From Octopus vulgaris (taxonomy: Eukaryota), in contig OX597820.1 of assembly GCA_951406725.2 (NCBI GenBank), positions 28,644,001 through 28,708,000 of the forward strand: a stretch of DNA of 64,000 bases, written 5' to 3'. Of this stretch, positions 54,110-64,000 are shown piece by piece (position 1 is the first letter of the stretch; every line of letters starts with the position of its first letter). The notes beneath the pieces were generated by a model. That model was not told where the DNA came from, did not search any database, and worked only from the letters and a program-made list of their open reading frames with translations. The position numbers and the translations under genes are program-made.

Positions 54110-54370
54110 GTATAGTCGAAATAATTCAGGAGTGAATATATTCAGGGTTTAGCTTGTAAATAAAATATAAGGAAAAAATATCTATAAGAATTTATCAAGT
54201 AGCTTTAGAGTCCTATTACAGTGTGAGGCGTTTACTTATAGTAATATCCCTTAATATAATTAATATATATATATATATATAAGTAATACTAAGCAATAAA
54301 GGGTTTAGCAACGAATTGCCTTACCACAGACCGAATTTAGAAATATATATATATTAATTATATTAAGGGT
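54110..54370. mobile_element. pLTR-family fragments around a TA tract with a short inverted repeat (cccttaatataattaatatata / tatatattaattatattaaggg)
   Basis: 54298-54345 is homologous to 38578-38617 and 57284-57319. Confidence 0.45.
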
Positions 54371-55141
54371 TATAAGATGTAGGAAAACCATAGTTTAACA
54401 ATGAAAAGGATATCAATTTTACGTATTTTACATAACATTTATCGCGCTAAAGCAATCGGGTGTCTTTAGTTTTGTTTTGTTTTGTGACAACTGCTATAGA
54501 ACCAGAGGTAGAAAGCTTACGTTACTGATGCTAGTATAAAGTGTATTAGCAACACGAAAAATATTTCTTTTTCTTAAATCTATAAAATTGTTCCTAATAA
54601 AAGCGAATAAGATGCTAGTAGTATGCTCCTTACCGTTATTAAATTATTGATTTCTTTAAAAGAATTTCTAAATGGCTGAGATTTTAGAATTAGATTTTTC
54701 TTTGCCAGCAGATGACAATGCTGATAAACTAAACGGAATTTTCTTTAAATTTTATTGCCATTTACAATTACTAAATAATAGCCTTGTCGGCATCCCATCG
54801 GATAATTGTGAGTTTGGTGCGTCTTTGATGACGTGAATGAAAAGGGAGTATTTGTAAGTCACTGAAGAACAAATATGGTACGCATTGGTTCGGATATGTT
54901 AGATGCTTCAGATTGTTTTGAGTTTTTTCACGTCATTTTCCTCATTATCATTTTTCTCGATATACACAAGTAACTAATTAACAGAAGTAAATACATTCTT
55001 AAGCATCAAAACATACATAGTTGCTAATATATAAAATACCTAATATATATATGATATATATATGCATTTGTATATACATTTATATATATACATATATACA
55101 TGTGTATATATTTATACACATAAATATATATGTATGTTTAC

Positions 55142-55169
<28 letters not shown>

Positions 55170-55175
<6 letters not shown>

Positions 55176-55698
55176 GAAAAAACAAGTAAAAAATAGAAAA
55201 TGCTAAAATAATTTTATAGTGAACATTTCAGTACCGGTTTCGGTCATTTTGAGACCTTTTCAACTGTAACGATTAAATAATTAAATTTAGAAAAATTAGA
55301 AGAAAAGTTTTTTTAAAAGAATATTTCTATAGTAGTGTTCAGATTTAAGAGGCATTCTGCCTTTCTCTGACTCCCTTGTTTTCACTTGTGTGTTCGAGGT
55401 AGTTGTGAGTTCTTGGTAGGGTAGTAGAGGGAAGGCTGGTGAGGAAAGGGGGGTGGGAGAATCTGGGAGTGCCCTGATGGTCGTATTTTGAATGGTCAGA
55501 AAAATAGCTTTTAGCCAACACATAGATACTTGCGCCAACAAAAAAACACCAAACTTCAGAATTTTCCCCCTCTACCAATTTAGGGACGATACAACCTCGA
55601 GACAACGAATAAGTAAAGAAAATCTCTTTATTACAAAATACAAGCCACTTCTTAACGGGTCTACGACAAACAATTAATATACCTCAACTTTAGAATTA

Positions 55699-55732
<34 letters not shown>

Positions 55733-55825
55733 CACACACAAATACTACACTCCATAGAATCCATTACTAATCAGTCCTTCATAGCTATATTTACACCCAT
55801 TCATATTCTCCCTTCTCTGTTTTCT

Positions 55826-55857
<32 letters not shown>

Positions 55858-56518
55858 ATCATCATCATTATCATCATCATCGGCGTCATCATCATCACCA
55901 CCATCATCACCACCATCTTCTCCTTCTCCTCTTCTTCTTCTTCTTCTTCTTCTTCATCATCATCATTATTATCATCATCGTCGTCATAATCATCACCACC
56001 ATCACCATCATCGTCATCTTCTCCTTCCCCTTCTTCTTCTTCTTCTTCTTCTTCTTAAGTTTGTCACTAATGTTTTTTAGTATAACACCTACGCTAATTC
56101 TATAAACAAGCCTGTCAATATAAATATTCTCCTGAATTGAACTGAGACTGCCAGCCGCCACTGACCATTCAAAATACGACCATCAGGGCACTCCCAGATT
56201 CTCCCACCCCCCTTTCCTCACCAGCCTTCCCTCTACTACCCTACCAAGAACTCACAACTACCTCGAACACACAAGTGCAAACAAGGGAGTCAGAGAAAGG
56301 CAGAATGCCTCTTAAATCTGAACACTACTATAGAAATATTCTTTTAAAAAAACTTTTCTTCTAATTTTTCTAAATTTAATTATTTAATCGTTACAGTTGA
56401 AAAGGTCTCAAAATGACCGAAACCGGTACTGAAATGTTCACTATAAAATTATTTTAGCATTTTCTATTTTTTACTTGTTTTTTCATATATATCAACTCGT
56501 GTGTTCCTTTTCACCCTT

Positions 56519-56522
<4 letters not shown>
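55170..56522 (+). mobile_element. 5'-truncated PLE: inverted pLTR (55170-55499), GIY-YIG C-terminus, 3' UTR, pLTR (56161-56491), tail; in (TA)n
   Basis: 330-bp inverted repeat with 1 mismatch seen; peptide FSQHIDTCA...FRIFPLYQF...RQRISKENLFITKYKPLLN at 55500-55677. Confidence 0.9.
56394..56431 (+). ncRNA. Minimal hammerhead, U3-A8 core variant (mirror copy at 55229-55266 minus)
   Basis: CAG-UUGAAAA-GGUC(UCAAAAU)GACC-GAAAC-CG-GUA-CUG. Confidence 0.75.
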
Positions 56523-56572
<50 letters not shown>

Positions 56573-57000
56573 ATATACATGCATACATAGACACATACAC
56601 GCACACGAACACACACACATCTATATACATTATATATGTGTGAACCACTATGAACAAAAGCAGCCTATTTTCCGGTGTGTCTCTCCATTTGGTAATCTAA
56701 TCCTGAGAGAGATAAATATTTCCCTTAGAGGCCCAGAAAATTTTAAGTTGCATAGAGACGAAATTTGTCAGGTACAGTTTGGCAATTGCAAACTACTCAC
56801 GACTAAATATATACACTCGTCACGGGCACAGTTTTCTTCTTTCAAGAAGCAAGCATACAGGACACTTATATTTGTATATAAATAAATAGATAAAAACATG
56901 CATATATATATATATATGTATATATATTATGTATGTATGTGTGTGTATGTACATATATAAACACAAACACCCACACACACACCCATATATATATATATAT

Positions 57001-57232
57001 AAGTTCAGTAAAAATTTAGATTCAGCTGAATATGGTATTTAAGTTAAAGGCACCAGAATTTGGTATGGTATCATCCATATAATTCAGAATGGGGTGATTA
57101 TAATCAAAATAAGGAAGAAGGATATCCAAAGGTAATGCAGTACGATCGTTTCATGCGACTTTATTTAATTAAATAAAGTCGCATGAAACGATCGTACTGC
57201 ATTACCTTTGGATATCCTTCTTCCTTATTTTG

Positions 57233-57238
<6 letters not shown>
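57001..57238 (-). mobile_element. Fold-back + tail cassette: perfect 140-bp palindrome 57099-57238 with a hammerhead 3' half
   Basis: Centre at 57168/57169; GAAAC-GATC-GTA-CTGC in each arm; (TA)n flanks. Confidence 0.85.
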
Positions 57239-57280
<42 letters not shown>

Positions 57281-57287
<7 letters not shown>

Positions 57288-57456
57288 GGCTTAGTAAAAT
57301 AAATTACTTTGCCGCATACTTTGCCGTAATTTATTTTACTAAGCCCTTTTATATAATGTAATAATTTGAATTCGCCTTAAATGGTCCCTTTGCATACTGA
57401 ACACTTGGTGAAATTGATTAATAATTAATTAATTTTACCCTCAATTGTTGAAATTA
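57281..57456 (+). mobile_element. Short fold-back + tail cassette (arms 57281-57307 and 57326-57354) in (TA)n
   Basis: aagggcttagtaaaataaattac / gtaatttattttactaagccctt. Confidence 0.75.
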
Positions 57457-57942
57457 TATATATATATATATACACGTACTTTAGTCAAATGAACGCTACA
57501 TTTTCAAATTAACATGGAATCGTTTAACGACACTGCAACCTTCATTTGACTACGTCATCTTTGGCCTGACGAGTAGCTAGCGGATTCTATTTTATATCTG
57601 TTATGCAATTCGTGAAGCTAATTTTAAAAATTATTCTGTCTCTTATCATTTCGTTAATTCTACCAATGTCCGGTTTAGCAGATAAAATGACTCAAATAAT
57701 TTGATGAATATCAAAGTTCAATTTTATGGTCTTTCAGGTTAAATTAAGATGTCATTGGGCGGAGAGATCAGCTGCTGTCCGTTAACACTAATCAGGTGTT
57801 TATATCTAGTCGTTCATTTTTATCAGTGTGTATCATATGCTTTTTAGATAATTTAGAAAGTCTCTTTGTGATGGAATTATGATGGTTTGTGTACACACGC
57901 GTCGCGCGCGCATGCGCATTTTGCCACGTGCTTATACATACA

Positions 57943-58076
57943 CGGCTGTGTCGTGAGAAGTTTGCTTCTGAACCACATAGTTCTGGGTACAGTCCTACTA
58001 CATGGCACCTTGGGCAGGTGTCCACCAAATCATAGTGAGTAGATTTAGTAGGCGGAAGCTGAGAGAAGTCAGTCGT
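57943..58076 (+). mobile_element. SINE family A 5' half
   Basis: ggctgtgtcgtgagaagtttgc...caccttgggcaggtg; followed by (GTAT)n. Confidence 0.75.
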
Positions 58077-58161
58077 GTATGTATGTATGTATGTATGTAT
58101 GTATGTATGTATGTATGTTTGTATGTATGTATGTATGTATGTATGCATGTATGTATGTATG

Positions 58162-58199
<38 letters not shown>

Positions 58200-58265
58200 C
58201 CTATCTATCTATTTATGTGTCTATCTATCTATCTATCTATATATCTATCTATCTATCTCTCTATC

Positions 58266-58522
58266 TCTTTTACTCTTTTACTTGTTTCAGTCATTTGACT
58301 GCGGCCATGATGGAGTGCCGCTTTTAGTCGAGTAAATCGATCCCAGGATTTATTCTTTGTAAGCCTAGTACTTATTTTATCGGTCTCTTTTGCCGAACCG
58401 CTAAGTTACGGAAACGTAAACACACCAGCATCGGTTGTTAAGCGATGTTGGGGGGATAAACACAGACACACAAACACACACACACACATATATATATATA
58501 CATGTATATATATATATATATA

Positions 58523-58601
<79 letters not shown>

Positions 58602-58652
58602 ATATATAGACGGCCTTCTTTCAGGTTCTGTACACCAAATCCACTCACAAGG
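58266..58652 (-). mobile_element. SINE family A (5'-truncated) with an expanded internal (TA)n
   Basis: Reverse complement of the family A tail and body. Confidence 0.85.
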
Positions 58653-58879
58653 AAAACATATGGAAAACATGGTAAGTAACATGAAGAATGACCCTTCATC
58701 TGTTGTCGGCTGTTTATGTTCTCTACATTTCGAGCAATTACAACAAAAATTACAACAGTTGCAAAGTAAAATAAAATGTGGGATTTACGGAGGGTCAAAG
58801 CTGGTAACAAAAACAGGACAATTAAAACAAGCGGTAAGCCGTAACGAAGTGAGGTGGCGAACGGTGTATGTATATGTGT

Positions 58880-59112
58880 ATATGTGTACGTGTGAGCCTT
58901 TGTATTTGTGTTTGTCCCTCCATCTCCTCTTGAAAACCGGTGTGGAAATGTTTGCGTTCTCATAACCTAACATCTCGACCATGAAGGCCGATAAAAAAAG
59001 CAGTAGGTTTAAAAAATAAGTCGTGGTGTCGATCTGCTCGTTTAAAACACTTCGAGGCGGTGTTCCAGCATGGCTGCAGTCATCTTACTGAAAGAGGTAA
59101 AGTATGAAAGGA
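58880..59112 (+). mobile_element. SINE family A 3' half, diverged
   Basis: tgtgtttgtccc...ggcggtgttccagcatggctgcagtc. Confidence 0.75.
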
Positions 59113-60180
59113 TAGTGTCCCACAAGGCACTGTGTTGGGCCCACTTCTCTTCATCATCTACATAAATGATATTACTGACACCATCAAACACAGTAACATC
59201 AGAACCTTCGCTGATGATTCCAAGCTCCAGAAGGTCATTAATGACGTGGATGACCGAATAAACCTTCAGTCAGACCTACTGGCTGTTGTCCAATGGGCGG
59301 AAAAGAATAACATGTTGCTAAATGAAGACAAATTTGAACTGATCCACTTTGGAAGAGAGGACACTCTGAAACTCCCATACTCTCTTCCTTCTGGAGAAAT
59401 TCTCATGGCATCCAACAACATCAGAGACCTGGGAGTAACAGTGGACAACAACATAAGCTGGGCTACACATATAAGCAGCAAAGTTGACATGGCCCGCAGA
59501 ATGTGTTCCTGGATTCTCAGAACCTTCCAGTCGAGAGATTCCCACGCTATTATCCTTCTCTTCTCCACTTTTGCCCGACCCCACCTTGAATACTGCTGTC
59601 CACTGTGGTCTCCCTACACAAAACAAAATATTATGAGAACTGAAGCTCCCCAAAGGTCAATCACAAAAAGATAGATGGCATGTCAAACCTTGACTACTGG
59701 GGTAGACTAGAGAAGCTGAAATTGTATTCACTCCAACGACGCCGTGAACGCTACATTATCTGTATGATGTGGAAAATATTCCACCAGCACTGTCCGAATG
59801 ATGTTGGCATCACCTTCAAAATGCATCCAAGGCTAGGACCACGTGCCATCCGTTCACAGCAAAAATCTAAATCGCATCACATAACGACAATACGGCACAA
59901 CTATTTCACCTCAATTGGACCTGCTCTCTTCAACATTACACCAGGGCACGTCAAAAAAGAAACTGACCACACAAAATTCAAGAAGTCTTTGGACAAATTC
60001 CTTCAAACAGTACCGGACAAACCACCCACACCCGGATATGTCTCCGCAAACAATAACTCTCTGCTCGAATGGGCCTTGGTGCCCAAATCCTGAACTGAAA
60101 GACTTCGCCAGGTGGTGCTATTAAGTTAGACATGGCCTGGGCCAATACTGGCCAAAACCTTTCTAAGTTATTCTAAGTTA
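59113..60180 (+). mobile_element. CR1-group LINE 3' fragment (RT and C-terminus)
   Basis: VPQGTVLGPLLFIIYINDI, FADDSKL, RDLGV, RPHLEYCCPLWSP, YSLQRRRER, FKKSLDKFL; one stop at 59672; tail (ttctaagtta)2 then (TA)n. Confidence 0.92.
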
Positions 60181-60188
60181 TATATATA

Positions 60189-60228
<40 letters not shown>

Positions 60229-60229
<1 letters not shown>

Positions 60230-60613
60230 TAGCAGTATCGCCCGGCGTTGCTCGGGTTTGTAAAGGAAATAACTATATAAGCATTTTTAGAGAGTTATAG
60301 CCAAAAAATAGCAAAAAAATGCATTAAAAATGGAAAAAATTATGGTGATTTTTTTTTAAATCCCTTACTCATCGTAGACATTTTTAGAGAGTTACTTCCC
60401 TTATATAATAGCGGAAAAAATGCATTAAAATGGAAAAAATATGATGGCAATTTTTTTTTTAATCGTAGAGGCGCGCTAATACCCAGAAAGGCTCGATATG
60501 AATCACGACTATAAGATACCCGGTTTTGGTTAAACTGCACCGCAAAATGTGGGAGTAGTTAGGAATCTAAATCGTAGGAGACAGACACACAACTTAACTT
60601 TTATATATAAAGA
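60229..60613 (-). mobile_element. Complete non-autonomous Helitron
   Basis: Minus strand A|TC...cccgagcaacgccggg hairpin...CTAG|T; internal ~100-bp imperfect duplication. Confidence 0.85.
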
Positions 60614-61118
60614 TATACATGTACCGGACAGTCCGACGCCAGCTAACAGGTCGAAACTTTCAAGAAACATTCTTCTTATCTAAGAGTATAATGTATACGT
60701 ACTCGGCAGAATAATATTGAGAAATTGTTCAGTATAATTTTAAATTGTTTTAATTACACTGGACATGATGATATACACTAACATGTGCGTGTGTATGTGT
60801 GTGTATGAGTGTGTGTGTGTGTGTCTTGTGTGCACGCTTGTGTATGTGAGTTTTTGTGTATGTATTTGCGCCACATTTTCGTATAAATTAATTCCACTCA
60901 TGCGATTTGTAACCCACATTGGACTCTGGTAACTGTAGAGCAGAACATTTGCCAAATGTGTCTCGAAGTTGATCGAGCAGAGAAATAACTGTCTGCAAAG
61001 CAAGTTTCCAAACTACACAACCATGCCTGATCGATAAACTTAATGAAAACTGACGCTGATATACATGAATAAAGAATAATTATGTGTGTGTACGTGCTTA
61101 TCTATGTGTGGATACACT

Positions 61119-61155
<37 letters not shown>

Positions 61156-61644
61156 GCATGCATACATACAAATATGTATACATATGTTTGTGTGTATGTA
61201 TGTGTATACACACACATTATGTACATCATTTATTGATAATTTAAATGTATTTATATTTACTAAAGACACTAACATCTTCTTCAACAGTTGTTATTGTAAC
61301 GTTGGAATATTCTTCAGAATATTCGCGATCCATTACAGTATTAATCAAACAGAAAACAGACCAATGTTTTCAGACTTGGACTTTTTTAGAGGCCAAATAA
61401 AGAAGAGTATTTATCAGAATTATGAAGTTCATACCTCCTACCGTGGTGGTCTCATTTTACACCCCATAATGGAAGCTTATATTTAATTATCTTCCATACC
61501 AAGCAACACCATAAGTTTTTCGTTTTCCTTGCTTTCTATGACCGCTGATGTAACTCAAATTCTAGTGCAGCATCTGTATTTTGATAAACCTCAATGTTGG
61601 CATCGATTGAGTTTCATCGATGAGTTTCGCAAACCGACTTATAA

Positions 61645-61861
61645 GTCCTAGGTTCTTGGTTTCTATGGCGAATAAATTCCCCACCTGGACGGGACGCCGG
61701 TCCATCACAGGATTACTCATTTTTGCCAGCTGAGTGGACGACAGCAACATGAAATGAAGTGCTTTGCTTAAGAACACAAGGCATCACCCGATCTGGAAAC
61801 CGAAACCACAATCTTACGATCATTAGTTCAATATCACAACCACTAAACCACTCGCCTCCAC
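61645..61861 (-). mobile_element. CORE-type SINE family F
   Basis: Minus strand ccactcagctggcaaaaatgagtaatcctgtgatggaccggcgtcccgtccagg. Confidence 0.8.
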
Positions 61862-61919
61862 TGATGAAACTACCACTTGCCTCATTAATAAATTTCCTGT
61901 TTTTACATAGAAAGGGACA

Positions 61920-62320
61920 AATGGCTTTGAATTTAATCACAAGGCCAGTATTTTTGAAGGGGGAGGGCATCAGTGGCTAATATCGATTCCAATACTTGAC
62001 TGGAACTTAATCTATTGACTCTGGAAGGATGGAAACCAAAGTTGACTGCGGTGAGAGTTGAACTCTAAACTTAAAGAACCGGGATATTTGTCGGCGTTCA
62101 AAAGATTAGGCCAATCAACCGCAGACGGGATAAGTACTGGGAAAGAATATTGTCGTTTACATTCACCCTTGTACTTGATTAGTACTTTGTTCTTTTTTTT
62201 TTCTTTTTTGAAACCTTTGAATGACAAAATGCTAATGCAGACCTGGAATTGAGTAAATATCTCAAGGAATGTTTTCACTAACGCCTAACCATTGTGCCAA
62301 TCTCATTGCTATTTCGTCAA
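61920..62320 (-). mobile_element. SINE family B, diverged tandem fragments
   Basis: cacaaggccagtattttt...ttgactggaactt...gaaggatggaaaccaaagttgac. Confidence 0.5.
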
Positions 62321-62749
62321 TCACCCTGCCTGTAGCGTCGAAGGAAATTATAATACAGTTACATGTTTAGATCATTCTGTGAAAAGTGGTAGATTTATTG
62401 CTATGGACCGAGAAGTATAACTGGTACAAATAGCAGCCAGTTATCCTCAAACTACATTCTGTATTCTTGGATGATGATGCTTGGATAATGTGGCCCTCTG
62501 TTCTCCGCACATTAGGAAAAGACGGAATGGTCACGACATAGGTTTGTTCTATTACAGAGCAAGATAATCGCAGCTAAAACATCATCAATATCCTCATCTC
62601 CATCATGGCTATCACCACCATCACATTTATTAAGTTTAAAATCAACAGCAGCAGCAGCTTCTGATACTGCGGCATGTTCGCGTTTCCATCAGCGTCTTTG
62701 TCATTTCTCTAATAACCATTGTTACCATATCCCCACTGCGAGCACCATA

Positions 62750-62850
62750 TACCTCCTCCCCCTCCGCCTCCTCCTCGTCGTCATCATCATCATCAGCAGC
62801 AGCAGCATCGTCAGTTTGATCACCATCATCATAATCATCATCATCCTCAT

Positions 62851-62900
<50 letters not shown>

Positions 62901-62910
62901 TATCATCACC

Positions 62911-62941
<31 letters not shown>

Positions 62942-63100
62942 CAACGGTCGTTATGGGTACCATCATTATAAATATCAATATCATCATCATCATGACCACC
63001 ATCTTCATCTTCATCCTCTTTCACGTCTTCTGCATCAGTTCCATTCCGTACACGAACATTTTTCTTCACCACCATCTCCATCATCGTCACTATCATCATA
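62750..63100. repeat. (CAT)n/(CAC)n/(CCT)n degenerate trinucleotide repeat
   Basis: Seen directly. Confidence 0.9.
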
Positions 63101-63419
63101 TCCTGTAATTAATAATTTTAAAACTTCCGAACAGATGGAAATCAAAAACGCTTTGGTCGGGATTCGAACCTGGAACGAACAGCAATATAAGTAGATATGC
63201 CGAAGAATGTTCTCCGCCCATCCCTCTCAATCTTTGTGCCATTCCATCATCAATACACTCTTTAAAGTACCGACATCTAAAATAACGGTAAAACTGGAAA
63301 CAACAGGCGAATCTCTAGAGTAAACACTTAAGATTCTTCAACAAAACTTCCAACATTAATCACGGAGGTAACGAACGCCACAACAGGAATAGTAACAAGA
63401 ACGGCGTTGGGGAGGGAAG

Positions 63420-63990
<571 letters not shown>

Positions 63991-64000
63991 AAACATTATT

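Overview
AT-rich, microsatellite-dense eukaryotic DNA with no recognisable host protein-coding gene, so probably intronic or intergenic. The SINE repertoire and (TA)n/(GATA)n density suggest an octopod cephalopod (inference). Nearly all non-microsatellite sequence is transposon-derived. It includes several tRNA-derived SINE families, RTE and CR1-group LINE fragments, two mariner/Tc1 relics, a full-length decayed Chapaev3-type DNA transposon, non-autonomous Helitrons and at least four Penelope-like element (PLE) coding remnants. The main signal is a set of about 15 short PLE pseudo-LTR cassettes from several unrelated families, nearly all inserted into (TA)n tracts. Many have an 'inverted arm + direct arm + tail' fold-back architecture. 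They carry minimal type I hammerhead ribozyme (HHR) motifs with palindromic stem III and non-canonical cores: the compensatory U3-A8 variant UUGAAAA in two families, plus CUGUUGA and CUGAUGC. Also present: a SINE/LINE pair sharing a 3' tail with a covarying stem-loop, and local duplications at retroelement 5' junctions. All calls come from reading the sequence by eye. No searches or folding programs were run, and edges may be off by a few bases.
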